Shown one piece after another: positions 40,707 through 53,584 of a DNA stretch of 64,000 bases. The notes under the pieces were generated by a model, which saw nothing but the letters and a program-made list of their open reading frames with translations, did no database searches and was not told the origin of the DNA. The position numbers and the translations under genes were made by a program. Origin of the DNA: Amoebophrya sp. A120 (taxonomy: Eukaryota > Protista > Dinoflagellata); assembly GCA_905178155.1 (NCBI GenBank), contig CAJINV010000010.1:1-64000 (forward strand). Direction: 5' to 3'. How positions within the stretch are numbered: the first letter of the stretch is position 1; each line of letters starts with the position of its first letter.

Positions 40707-41725
40707 CTAAATATCCACCTCATATCGGTCCCGCACGGCCTCGATCCAGTCGTGTACGAGCATCTCGCGGACCATGTAAATGCCCTGCGTTTGCAGCAAC
40801 CCCACCAGCCGCTTGTGCATTTTCACGAACATGCCGGGGGGAAAGTAGCCCTTCCACTCCTGAATCGATCCCTCGTCCACGAAGCAGGTGACCTGCGGGC
40901 CGTTCGACTTCTTCAAGTTCTTTTCCGCAAGCGCACTCCTGTCCACAGCGATACTCGTCATCTTGCGCTCTTCATCTTCTTGCTGCTCGTCGGGAGAAGA
41001 CTTTGTTGATTTGCTCTCGTTCAGAAGCTGCATTTTCTCCTCTGCGACCAAATCCTCCATTCTTTTCATCTCGTAATCCCCATCGTAGTAATACTCCGAG
41101 CAAAAATCCACGACACTGAAACTGCCCGCAACGTCGATAAAGCCACCGTAACAGGTATCACAAGAAAAAGCCTTAACGTTTACGGTTTTATTCACAGATT
41201 GCAGCCATGCCTCACACATCTCGCCTAGTATGCATGCTATGCATGACAAATTTGGGTACTTTTTGTGATGCATTGCCGCATCACAAATTCCGTATTAGCG
41301 TTAAGTACCCGTAAACATTTTTTCCTGTGATAACAGGGACACGAGATCTTGTACCCTATCGACATCATCCACTCAAACGCAAGGCGGGACTTCTGTCGTG
41401 AAGAAGTTGATGACGATGTAGAAGCACCACAACTTGTGCTTTGATCTTGCTTCTGTGAGGACTGTTGTAGTTCCGGCGGCGTATGCAGCGTCACCTCCCC
41501 TCGTACGTCCGCCTCCAGAAAGTCTAGCCAGCATGCCGTTTCGAGTTCTTGTTGTTGGCTGGTGCAATAATTTCTACTATCATTTTTATCCTGTGTGGAG
41601 GGCGGTGCTGCTCCACCACCGCTCAGTTGCATTTGCTCCCTCTCCTCTTTCGTGAGTTTCATCCACAAGCAGGCACGCGTCGGCCAATTTTCGTCGATTA
41701 TAGTACCGGGTGGACGGTTGTCCAA
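40707..41725 (-). pseudogene. 5'-truncated duplicate of the 47905-49404 gene
   Basis: Near-identical peptide (RPPGTIIDENWPTRACLW...RDRYEVDI*) lacking the N-terminus; carries element 41156-41332. Confidence 0.6.
41156..41332. mobile_element. family G element, absent from the paralog
   Basis: DR acagg; empty site at ~48615 has a single acagg. Confidence 0.92.
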
Positions 41726-42165
41726 TCAGTTATAATAAATTAAAATTAGGCCTACACTCACTACATCATGTTTCCCAATGACATACCTGGCCGATCTTCA
41801 TCTTGACTACATATTTTATGTCTATGGTCATGAGGTTTTTGTCCGATGAATAAGAATGCCGCATGGTTGTAGTGGGGTTGAACTAAATAAATGCCAGTTA
41901 GATCATCGCTTTCGATCACAATGATGTTGATGCCACTGCACTGCGAGGCGCCACTCGACGGAGCGCAGTTGCAGTTCTGCACCAATTGCTCAATTATCAT
42001 TATCATTATACACTTACACGAGCAAGTCAGCACCAGTGTCAGCTGTGCTCACGTTTTTCAGACTACTTGTAAAAAAGTTGTAAATACCACGATTCTAAAA
42101 TATATGATTTTATTGCACGATAATTTTGCGTCAAGAGAACAACGCTGATTAATTCAAAGGCATCC

Positions 42166-42546
42166 TCACAACCCTGGCGGTGGTCCCGACACAAACGTAG
42201 CATGCGGGTCCACCATGATATTACCTGCTGCCGCTCTATGATTTCGGATCATGGCCAGATAATACCTATACCAATCTCCGCCAATCCCTTCCAATTGGTA
42301 CTCTCGCCCGGTATCGCGATAGGTGAACTCGAGGGCCCTTTCCCATTTTCGCCCTACTTCTACCGGCTGCTCTCCGTGGTCTACTTCTGCGCTTCCCGCA
42401 GCTCCAGGCTTGGACACCAGCTCTTCACCACCAAGCGTGAGGCGCAACACATCCCTGCTGCCCTGATGATCCCCCATCAACTGTATCTGTAACGCAGCGC
42501 GCGTCCAGCGCCACGTCCGTCCGTGGGTCCGGAAATAAGGTTCATC
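42166..42546 (-). pseudogene. duplicated 3' end of the 52294 gene
   Basis: LDEPYFRTHGRTWRWTRAALQ...VSGPPPGL* matches 52294-52671; the duplicated 3' flank continues to ~41800. Confidence 0.6.
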
Positions 42547-42551
42547 CAGAG

Positions 42552-45455
42552 CTACATAGTTCGGAAGTGCATGTGCAAGTGCGTCGCTTTGTTCATCTCC
42601 ATGGCAGGAAACCTCCAGCGGCTCAGGTTTTGGTTGAAAGAAATCGCGTTCCGGAACATTTGGGACACGTCTTTTGCCGACCGCATGTCCCAATCCCCGA
42701 TGTTCTGGTTGAAATCTAACAAATTGAGAAACATGGAGCCGAAGTCCTCGACCCCGCTCACGTTCCAGTTCTCCACAGAAAACTCTGGGAGGAAAGTGTC
42801 GTGCCAGGGATTCGAGGAATGCAGTAGTATTTCGGGTCCGAGTATCCACAGAAAAAAAACCCATCCACATCCATTTTTTGCATGACAAACACACGATATT
42901 GATTTGATACGTGTTTTGCATGACAAATTGGATGTGGATGGGTTTTTTTCTGTAGATACCGAGCACACGGAGAACAGCGGGATCGTCAAGTTTGATCCGG
43001 TCGGCTGGCACATGGATGGTTTCACCCTCCTTATCCCACGGAAAAACTGCTTCACTGTGATGATCTTGCAATATCCGCATCACAAGTTTGCTACACATGA
43101 CACAGAAAATCCGCCATGCGCGCATTTCCCAAAGGGAAAAACACACGCTTGAAAATCCAATGTTCGATGCAGGTGTAGCAAGCCAAATAGTTAATGTGTT
43201 CTATTCTGTGCATCACAAGTTCACAGTGAAACAGTTTTTTCTCGCGATACTCCTCATGAGAGACTTTCTCCTCGTCCGTCATGACCATTAGCCTCGCGTC
43301 CGGCAGCTTTTCCGACGAGTAGAACTTTGGGTGTTCCGCTACTTCTCGCGAATTGTTGTCGATCGCGCTCCTGTATGCTGTGCAAAAGTATCGTACTAGT
43401 ACAAATTGCATCACAAATTTCCTCAGCATGAGACATAAAAAAATTTGTAATGCTGTTTTACCTTAGGAAGAAGATTTGTCATGCATATTTGCAATTACTA
43501 CGAGTACGATACTTTTGCAAAGGATAACCTGTCCACGTGGTCCACAGCAAAAAGCGTGTCCACGTGGTCCACAGCAAAAAGGTAAGACAGATCGCGAATC
43601 GCGCTCACGTATCAAATGCAAATATGTCTGGGTCTGGAAACCTGTAATGCTGAATGGCCACGAGTAACTGCGCCTGTAAGAGCAGTGTAGCATGACAAAT
43701 TGTTCCGACGCTTTCTCATGCTTAGTGCGCATTACAAACTGCGCTATTGTATGACGAAATTGCGGCGCTTTTATTGCTTTTATGCAAGACAGATTTTTCT
43801 GGAATCCTGGACACGCAATACAAGTTCCGCTTTTCGTCCAGAGCCAGACCCAGACATATTTGCAATGCATATCACGTCCCACTCCCGCGGCGGCCCGTAG
43901 TAGGCCCGCGCCTGGTTCCGGGCTTTTTCGAATCGCAGAGCAAACGAATGAGCTTTGTCGACATCCGCCCAACGTGAAAAGTCGGGAAAGAACGGCCCCC
44001 CGGAATCTTCCTGGAGAAATTTTGCGTGGTGCTCCGGTCGCACCCAGAGTAAGTATGATTTGCAAAAACGCCCCCACGACCCTAGAGCTGTCATGCAAAT
44101 CTGCATGCGAAAAAAGTTTCTCATGCGGAGCCGTATGAGAAGCGTTTTCTAGTCGTCTTCTGGGGTTTGTGATGCTATAATGAGCATTATATGCTAGATC
44201 TGTGTTGATGCTGCTGACCTACCTAGAACAGGACTGCACTACGAGGGCAAGCCTGTCATGCGAAACAACCAAAGCTGGTTGGTTTGTCTAGCAGATTTCT
44301 CATCTTGACACTGGTCGCGTGGGGACGTTTTTACATAGGATAGTAAGATGGCTTTCTTCAGTTCCCGCCGGGTTTCGAACTTGTAATACTGCTTGTGCTA
44401 TCTCTATCAAATGCAAAAGGGTCTGGGTCTGGAAGATTCTGAAACTTGTCATGCGCGTTTGCATGGGCCACGATGAATGTCTGTGATGCATGCCCTAGCA
44501 TCACAGACTTGTTGAGGGCTTCGTGATACCTATTCCACATGACAGACGCCCTCTCCGCGTAGCCAAAATTGCATTCCCTTCGCTGGTCATGCAATACAGA
44601 TTTTTTTAGAATCCAAATGCAGCATCAAAAGTCGCGCATTCTTCCAGACCCAGACACTTTTGCATTTGATATGTGCCTCCCCGCGTTCTGAAAGGCCCGA
44701 CTGGCAGCGCGGAGTGCCGGAATAGGGCGAAGAAAGTGCTGCTGTTCGCGTGCTGGTCCCCCGCCGCCGGCGCAAGAGGTAGAGGACGCATCATCTTCTT
44801 CCGCGACGTAACGAGCGAACTCGTACCGGTCCGGAAGAGGACCTCGATAAGGTCCCTCCCCGGACAGTTCAGCGAGCTTGCGCCAAGAATGATACTTGCA
44901 CATATCTCGGTCCCGCGTCTGGTTTATCTGGTTTCTTTTTTTTTCTATGTCTTCCTGGTCCGCTTTACCACGTGCTGTGGTCCCCAGGCCCCCGGCGACA
45001 ATCATGTCGAGAGCGTGATCTAGAGCGGGGGAAGCGAGGTGGAGTTTACTATCTGTGGCGGCTTCATGATGTTGTCCCGCTTCATGATCTGCCGAAGATG
45101 AAGATTGTCCACCTGGTGCAACTACTACATCTTCTCCAGGCAGAGGAGGGGACGCCGGCTGCGCGGAAGAAGTGTAAAAGCCGGGCTCTGCTTGTTGCGC
45201 CACCAATTGGCGGCCTCCGTCAGCACTTCTTGTTCCCGAAGACGCTGAATTCCTGGTGGCATTTTTTGCAAGAAAGTTTGCTCGCGAAAAGTAGTCCCAG
45301 CAACAAGTACTAGAAGTCCCAGAAACAAGTTGCGCTCCACTCTGCGCAAGAAGTAGTCCCAGGAACGTGAGGCGGGACGTAATGGCCGGCGATGTTGAAG
45401 CTGCTCGATGCATGCTTTTTTGCATTTTGATCTGTTCCTCGCAATGATTATACAC
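42552..45455 (-). CDS. DUF285 / BspA-like repeat protein with N-terminal hydrophobic segment, possibly disrupted at its 3' end
   Basis: After removing 44399-44671, 44054-44342, 43610-43871, 43374-43526, 43032-43249 and 42843-42958: FETRRELKKAI...YYGPPREWDVSAIRDLSYLF...WNVSGVEDFGSMF...FNQNIGDWDMRSAKDVSQMFRNAISFNQNLSRW, which fits the DUF285 WDVSxVTDMSxMF...FNQxIxxW repeat. Confidence 0.7.
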
Positions 45456-46089
45456 TTAGAAAAGAAGTGGACGTCGACGTAAAAAATTAGATATGAAAAA
45501 GCCTTAAAATCCTACATATGAAAATATCAAATCTCAGACGTATCTAGTATGTAATGAACGAGAAGATGAAAGCGCCACTTCTGCACACATCAAATTATGG
45601 CACTAATTGTTGGAGGCTTAGCTGGTTGCAAAAATAGTAGTTGCAGTTGCACCTTCTAGCAGCGAATGCCAAAAACTTCTATCTAAAACTACACCTCACT
45701 TATTTAGCCTTTAGTTTACTTGAATCCCTGTGCGTGGCGATAATCGACGTAGAAAGGTTCTGTTGGTGCATGTGGAAGTAGTACCTAGAACTTCTACTTC
45801 TACTACAAGAAATCCAAATCGCCGAGGAACTAGATAAATTTCTTCGAAAAATTGTTCTTGCACCTGGTACAGGCCGAAGGTGTTGGAGCTTCGAGATCCC
45901 TTCTAGGACTACATCATCAAGGATCATGCAGATCTGTCCAGGGGATAGTACTCGCGATCGGATGAAGAAGATGAAGATAGAGGTGACCACGATCACGATC
46001 TTGATGTTCTTGATTGTTCAGCATTATAAATCGTGTCTTTCGACGTCATGATGCCCCGTGAAGTAGACTTGTGTTTAGCATCTCAGAAC

Positions 46090-47600
46090 TACTAAGTGGA
46101 ACTTTCTAGGAATGAGGAAATTTTGAAAAAATTGCCCCCCCTTCGAATTCTCTTCCGAAAGCAGCAGCTCTTCGTAGCTGTGTTTGGCTGGCGTGGCGCG
46201 CCAGCATTTGTTTGCTGTATTCGAAAATGGAAGCGGGAAGCGACTGTGTCAGAGTTCGGACGCATTGCCGCGCAGTGAAATCACCAAAGCAGGCAGGCGG
46301 CTTTTCGGGTGCCACTCACCTCGATCGCCAACTAGCCATCGCCGGAGGCTCAGCACACACCTACAAAGCCGCGCTTCATCTGAATAACGGCCGCGATCTC
46401 TACATGTGCATCGCAGTGAGAGCACCGCGCTAAGGTGGCAGGTCTTTGAGGTCTCTGGGCCTACTCTACCGAACAGCAGCTCGCCGGCAATCGCCTAGTG
46501 GGGCTTCCAACCCAAGGCGGCAGCCCTGGAAGGGGCCAATGGGGTCGGGCGCGTGGCCTGGCCGGCTCGAGGAGTTGCAGAAACATTTGAAAAGAATGGC
46601 GGAGGACTACCGCGGCGCCCTCAAGTGCCTCGGCCGGGTTTTGGCGGGGTGCCCCAACAAAGGTCGCGCCCGAGGGCTCAGCCCCGCTCTGCTTTTCTTG
46701 GTGTTTCTTGTATGCTTCAAATAGAGATCTGCGCTTTCCGCTCGTGATTCAATTTCCGAGGAAAATGGCGAAGGGGGGGGTCGCGGGGGGGCCGGAGGGG
46801 GCCTCGAGAGGGCCCCCACTGAAGGGGGCAAAAATCGCCCCCGTGCCGTCGTGATTCAATTTCCGAGGAAAATGGCGAAGAGGGGGGGGGAAGGCAAGGG
46901 GGAGGGGCCGGGGGGCCCTGAGTTTTCCTCGGAAATTGAATCGCGACGGTATGGCACCGCTTTTTGCCTTGTTTCGAGGCGAATCTGGGAATTGGCCTGC
47001 TTTGCCGGCCTTCCCGGGCTCCCTTTTTTGGGTAGCGAGCGCGGCAACAAAACACGCCCAAAGCGAGGCCAAAACCATCACCATAGCACCGCGATTCAAT
47101 TTCCGAGGAAAATTTCGAGTCCGGTGCGAAATGCCCTCAAGTTGGGAGCGGTAGGACCAAAGCCGCGGCAGGTTGGTTCACGGTGGGAAGCTGTCGACGG
47201 CGTGGGATATTTAGCGCGGTTCGGTAAGGGGGTATACCTGCCCCGGTTTAGCCGTTTTATTTGTAGCGCATGGCGTCCATGAGTAGGAAGGCCCATGGCG
47301 CTTGAGGTTTTGGCTCAATGGCTTTGAGAATGATGCGGGTGTGTGGAGGCGCCACCATTCGGAGAGCAAGGCGCTGTCTTTTAGGTGCAGCCGCGATAAA
47401 GCCCATTATATGTGAGCCACGGATGGCTCTCCAGGCTCGGCGACCACAGTTGTCCACGGGGCTCTGCGAGCTCGTCTCGCGCAGCGGTATTCGCAAATGG
47501 GCCGGCACAGGGCCGCGACCTGATATCTCCACCTGCCTACTTTCACCTGGGGACTGAATTTTTTCGAATTTTCCTCATTCCTAGAAACTTCCACTTAGTA
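46090..47600. mobile_element. 1.5-kb intergenic TIR element with 5-bp TSD
   Basis: ~44-bp TIR TACTAAGTGGAA(C/G)TTTCTAGGAATGAGGAAA; TSD agaac; internal motif GATTCAATTTCCGAGGAAA x4. Confidence 0.85.
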
Positions 47601-47904
47601 AGAACTTTATTCGTCCTAGTAAGCCAGATCTATTTAGTACGACTGGTCGTGGTCTCCGTTCTTGTGAGACGCCGAGTCAGAGGCAGAGCGGCACAAGGAA
47701 ATAACATCGTCCTCGTGAACCTCTTGTCTGGTTCTGGATCATCTGAGCCCGAGTTGTTGCAAGATGCTCAGTGAGGTAGATCATGACAACGAGGACTACA
47801 CACCGACTTGTTGTGTACGTCTATGTGTTCTGCCGTTCGTCCGCTTCCCTTTCTGATGGTGGAACAACTGGAATGACACGTCCTGTCCGTGGTGTCTATG
47901 AGTT

Positions 47905-49404
47905 CTAAATATCCACCTCATATCGGTCCCGCACGGCCTCGATCCAGTCGTGTACGAGCATCTCGCGGACCATGTAAACGCCCTGCGTTTGCAGCAACCC
48001 CACCAGCCGCTTGTGCATTTTCACGAACATGCCGGGGGGAAAGTACCCCTTCCACTCCTGAATCGATCCCTCATCCACGAAGCAGGTGACCTGTGGGCCG
48101 TTCGACTTCTTCAAGTTTTTCTCCGCAAGCACGTTCTATCCTGTGCAAAAGTATCGTGCTCGTATTGCAATCATGCACTACGAATCTTGTTCTTAAGGTT
48201 AAGCTAAATCCGCATTACAAATTTTATTTCTCATGCTGAGGAAATTTGTATTGCACGACTACGATACTTTTGCAGTTCATACGTTCCTGTCCACTACGAT
48301 ACTCCTCTTGCGCTCTTCATCTTCTTTCTGCTCGTCGGGAGAAGACTTTGATTTAGATTTGCTCTCGTTCATCAGAAGCTTCATTTTCTCCTCTGCGACT
48401 AACTCCTCCATTCTTTTCATCTCGTAATCCCCATCCACAGAAAAAACCCATCCACGTCCAATTTGTCATGCCAAACACGTATCAAATCACGTGTTTGCCA
48501 TGCAAAAAATGGATGTGGATGGATTTTTTTCCGTGGATAATCCCCATCGTAGTAATACTCCGAGCAAAAATCCACAACGCTGAAACTGCCCGCAACGTCG
48601 ATAAAGCCACCGTAACAGGGACACGAGATCTTGTACCCTATCGACATCATCCACTCAAACGCAAGGCGGGACTTCTGTCGTGTTGAACAAGTTGATGATG
48701 ATGTAGAAGAGGTTGTGCTTTGATCTTGCTTCAGTGACTTCTGTTGTAGTTCCGGCGGCGTATGCAGCATCACCTCCCCCCGTACGTCCGCTTCCAGAAA
48801 GTCCAGCCAACATGCCGTTTCGAGTTCTTGATTTTCTTGGCAATAATTTCTACTATCACTTTTATCCTGTGTGGAGGGTGCTGCTCCACCACCGCATCCG
48901 CTCAGTTGCATTTGCTCCCTCTCCTCTTCCGTGAGCTTCATCCACAAACAGGCACGCGTCGGCCAAGTTTCGTCGATTATAGTACCGGGTGGACGTATGT
49001 TGTTCCTGTATCTACTCGTGTCGTCGTTCTCGTCCTCCAAGGAGGTTGCCGTTGAGACACTGCTCTTGTCGTTCACCTTCAGTTCGTGCCGTCGGTCCGG
49101 GGGAAGCTGCTTGTAGAAGTCGCGACTGTAATATGCACAGCATATTGAAGTAGATTCCCATACGTTCACCTGCACATCAGATGCGATTTCTGCATGACAA
49201 ATCTTCTTTCGGTCAATCTGATTTGATATCACAAGTGGCATGCAGCTCAAAGTTAGCAAAATTTGTCATGCGCTTCGTACTTCTTAATCTTATGCGGCTA
49301 TAAAAACGGGAAATCGTGAAATTTGTATTGCATACGAAGCGAGCCAAAACCCACTCCTCGCTCCATGCGGATATGTTCTTCTCGGTCCAGTGCTGTTTCG
49401 ACAT
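47905..49404 (-). CDS. hypothetical protein, 4 exons
   Basis: MSKQHW...ARF|GRDFYKQ...DGD|YEMKRMEE...DRN|VLAEKN...EVDI* after removing 49132-49334 (degenerate), 48432-48539 and 48137-48281. The paralog at 40.7-41.7 kb confirms two junctions. Confidence 0.65.
48137..48281. mobile_element. family B introner, absent from the paralog
   Basis: DR cgttc; empty site at ~40935. Confidence 0.92.
48432..48539. mobile_element. family L introner, absent from the paralog
   Basis: DR atccc; empty site at ~41078. Confidence 0.9.
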
Positions 49405-49593
49405 GGTTTTGATACTGTCTTCTGATACATATACTGTATTTTTAATGCTCTTCTGGCTTCACGACCCCGTTCTTTGTTCCTTGTGCAGCTGCAGAGCCGC
49501 CGCGTAAGCATGAACTCTAAAAACTCACTGCAGCTCTTGATTTGTAGTCTGAAAGACCTTCTACAGCTGCACCACTTGCTGGTGGTTCGACAG

Positions 49594-50583
49594 TTAGACC
49601 AGAAAATCGGTCGAAGTACATGTTTTTTTGCGCATCCCCGTGCAATGGGGGTCGCGGGCGGAGAGAAGTTGGGGGGTGCGAAGGCGCGACTGCGTTCCGG
49701 GCTGCTTTACCCCGGAAAAATTAGCCTCCGGCGCTGCGGCGGGGCGGCCGGGGCCGGGAAGGGTCGGCCTGACATAGATAGGAAGGCGACGGCACGCAGC
49801 CAACACTTCGCCACCCGCCCCCGCGCGAGGCTCACGTCGGGGATGCACAGCCGACTCGGCGTGCATCCCGGGGCCCCAACTCGAAGCCCACCCGGGGCCG
49901 GAAAAGCTTTTGCTCTGGCTGCGTCCGGGCGCGCCCTCCCCCATCTGGGGCCCCGGCCGGCGGGTGGACTGCGTGCCCCTGGAAAGGCGCGCACGCCCCC
50001 CCCTTCCGGGGGGGGGGGGAAAGGGGGGCNNNNNNNNNNNNNNNNNNNNNNNNNNNNNNNNNNNNNNNNNNNNNNNNNNNNNNNNNNNNNNNNNNNNNNN
50101 NNNNNNNNNNNNNNNNNNNNNNNNNNNNNNNNNNNNNNNNNNNNNNNNNNNNNNNNNNNNNNNNNNNNNNNNNNNNNNNNNNNNNNNNNNNNNNNNNNNN
50201 NNNNNNNNNNNNNNNNNNNNNNNNNNNNNNNNNNNNNNNNNNNNNNNNNNNNNNNNNNNNNNNNNNNNNNNNNNNNNNNNNNNNNNNNNNNNNNNNNNNN
50301 NNNNNNNNNNNNNNNNNNNNNNNNNNNNNNNNNNNNNNNNCAGGCCCGTGGGAAAGCCGCTTGGCGGGGCGCCGCTTCTCGCTCTGGGCGGGCTTCGAGG
50401 CCGGGAGGCCGCCCCGGCTCTCTTTGACAAGCCACAACGCCCGAGCCGCTGCATGGCGCAGCGAGGTCCTCGGGCCGGGTGTGTTGCGAGGGCATCCCAC
50501 CGCCCTCGAATTGAAACGAAATTGGCCCGCCATGCCAGCGGGGGCGCGGAAAAGTATGTACTTCGACCGATTTTCTGGTCTAA
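49594..50583. mobile_element. GC-rich TIR element spanning an assembly gap
   Basis: 28-bp TIR TTAGACCAGAAAATCGGTCGAAGTACAT; TSD unclear; N gap at 50030-50340. Confidence 0.7.
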
Positions 50584-52293
50584 AGTGCAGGTCTTGTTGC
50601 AGCGGTAGTTCCGCCGGAAGAAATCCACCGGGAAGTGGACCCAACAACTACCGAGAAGAAAAAAACGAAAACCACGAGCGCCGGACGCTTATTGCGACGA
50701 CCGCGCCGCACTTTGTTTGCTTTTCACTACTTTCTTCACGGGCACGTGGTCGTGGAGAAACTGCGAGATTTACTTCCGTATTGTTCCGCCGCAATGGAAC
50801 GAGCATCAGAGAAGTGCACACAACCAAGTCGCACGGCCTGTGGTTGAGATAAAAAAAAGTGGAACCCGACCTGAAGATAATGTGGCAGCTCGGACGACCG
50901 AACACGACAACTCACTGATCCTACTTGATGGTGGAAGTTTTTCCGATTATATCCAAAAGGGAGAGGAGAAGTAGTACACTTCATTTTCATCTTCACAGAC
51001 TCAGCGCCTCCAAGGTGTGAAGACCAAGTAATTACCTACACAGGAGCAGAACAAATCTTTTCTTTCTTCTTCTTTACTTACCACGACATCACCGTCGGTG
51101 GAGAATCAAACCTTCTGGTCTTGGCCTGCTCCCAAATCACCACGTCTGCGTGATGGGGAGCGAGTCTTCATTGTGACCACCCGACAGAAGGTTTTTTTGA
51201 TATTTATGCAAGAAACGGTCTTTGGATGATTTGAAAGCTGCGGAGCGATGATTGAATAGCCTAAGAAAGGTTCTTGAACATGATCCGACATGATACACAT
51301 CATGCGCTAGCTGGTACTGAATTGATTCGATAGATGAAGCTGCCGCGAAAATAGTAAAATCTTGAATTGTCATACCCGGCGACTGCAGCTGCGCCACAGC
51401 AGAAACCTTTGCACCGTTGCCGCAAGCAGCTACGTTCGCAGGAGATCGAGGGTCAGAGTTGCAATAAATAATCTTGATTTGTCGTGCGATTCAACAATGA
51501 TAACAATCACAAGGGGTTGCTCCCCTACTTCGAACAGTTCCTACTCTTACTGGCACAGTCACAAATTAACTTGCCTCATTGCTATTCCAATCCATGCATG
51601 GCTCGTCTATTTTGAATACCATACAACTGGCTATACTTTTTCGTGAACCGCATCCGCAGATGATAGATATCGAGATGCGAACGCTTGTTCGCTAAAATCT
51701 TTGATGGAAGTATCAATAGTGCATGCCACGACTCAGAAGATGACATATTTGCAGAAATAGCGAAACTGCCCTCAGAAATCAGTTGCGAATTAGCACTACG
51801 CTCACTACTTTCCAAATGATATATTGGGCCGCGGCTTGCTTCGTTGTCAAATAGATTGCAGTAATTTTTTTCTGTATGCTTCATGGTCAATCTTGACTAC
51901 TTAATTTATTTCTACTATGGTCATGAGCTTGGGTTTGCTTTTTTTCGTCCGATGAATAAGACTACCGCATGGTTGTAGTGGGGTTGAACTAAATAAATGT
52001 TTATTTAGATCGCTTTCGATTACATCAATGATGCCACTGCACTGCGAGACGCCACTCGACGGAGCGCAGCTGCAGTTCTGCACCAATTTATTTTGCTTCA
52101 CTATCATTATACACTTACACGAGCAAGCCAGCACCAGTCGTGTCAGCTGTGCTCACATTCTTCAGATTTGTAAAAAGTGGCGAGTACTACGATTCTAAAA
52201 TTATGACTTTATTGCACGATCTGGCGTCAAGAGAACAACGCTGATTAATTGATGATGATGATGATGTACCCAACTGCGGGGTCTAAGGCATCC

Positions 52294-53584
52294 TCACAAC
52301 CCTGGCGGTGGTCCCGACACAGGCGTAGCATGCGGCTCTACCATGATATTACCTGCTGCCGCTCTACTATGATTTCGGACGGCCAGATAATACCTATACC
52401 AATCTCCACCAATCGTTTCCAATTGGTACTCTCGCCCGGTATCGCGATAAGTGAACTCGAGGGCCCTTTCCCATTTTCGCCCTACTTCTAATGGCTGCTG
52501 TACGTGGTCTACTTCTGCACTGCCCGCTGCTCCAGGCCTGGCCAGCGCCAGCTCTTCACCACCAAGCGTGAGGCGCAAGAGATCCCTGCTGCCCTGAGGA
52601 GCCTCCTCCACCTGTAACGCAGCGCGGGTCCAGCGCCACGTCCGTCCCTGGGTCCGGAAATAAGGTTCATCAAGAAGTGCATAATGCGGCACACTAGTAC
52701 TTCTGCAGCTTAAGTCACGAACGATTTCGCATCCGCTCCGTTCCATGGTGGGCGTTAGGCTGGATTCCAGGTCAAGCAAATCGGCGTACATAGAAGGTGA
52801 AGGATCAACGAAAAGAGAAACATCCAAAACCTTCCCCGGGGTGCTTAGCCGTTCGTCGCTATTTTTCTGCAGGTGAAACAGAAACTGAAGCAGCTTCGTC
52901 CACTGCGTACCGACCTCGTTTTCGAAGTTCTTTTGGTAAAGAACGCTTTCGACGAGAACACGATCGAAGTCCTGGGCCTTCACGCTATTCCACGTAACAG
53001 CGCGACCCGCTCCTGGCACAGAAGTTGTCGGGGCTAGGACGTGCACAAGCGGAACCAGGGGACGCCCAGCACCATGGTCACTACGATACCCCCAATCGTG
53101 CGAGATCACACCAACCCGCTTGGTAAGCTTTGCTTTCCTGTTCTCTCTCTTTTCCGAAAAAAATAACGCTACCAGCCCCGGCGACCGCGTCAAGTTCTTG
53201 TAGAGAAGCGGCAACGAGTTGAAGTTGTACCGTATTAAGTTCTCTTCATCCTCATCCACTCCCGACAGCACCCGCCCTGCTGCTTCAGCTTGTTTCGCCC
53301 TAGCAGTAGCAACGTCCTGCGCGACGTGTTTTGCGGCAAAAGCCGCCCCAGCTTCTTCCGCGGTCGCGTACGTGCGGCGACCTCCAGGACGAGTCCCAGG
53401 ACGCGAGGCCGCAGAAGCGAGCGCCTTGGCCTTCGCGGCGGCTTCTGCTCTTCGCTGTTGTTCTTCTACTTTTTCCACGCGAGCACGACGGACCTCCAGC
53501 TCCTGCAGCTTGTCCTTTTGGGCTTTAACACTGCTCTCCGACCGTCTTTTCTTTTGGATCTCGAAACTGTTGGTGCGAAAGGGT
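52294..53584 (-). CDS. hypothetical protein (long terminal exon; 5' end unresolved)
   Basis: 394-aa ORF extendable upstream (KAQKDKLQELEV) to element 53585-53721; its 3' part is duplicated at 42166-42546. Confidence 0.55.

Noticed and set aside
47308-47318. TTTTGGCTCAA match to the dinoflagellate spliced-leader 3' end
   Set aside because: Only 11 nt, lacks the final G and upstream CCGTAGCCA, and lies inside a TIR element.
49474-50647. ORFs of 230-340 aa
   Set aside because: They run through an N gap and GC-rich non-coding element sequence.
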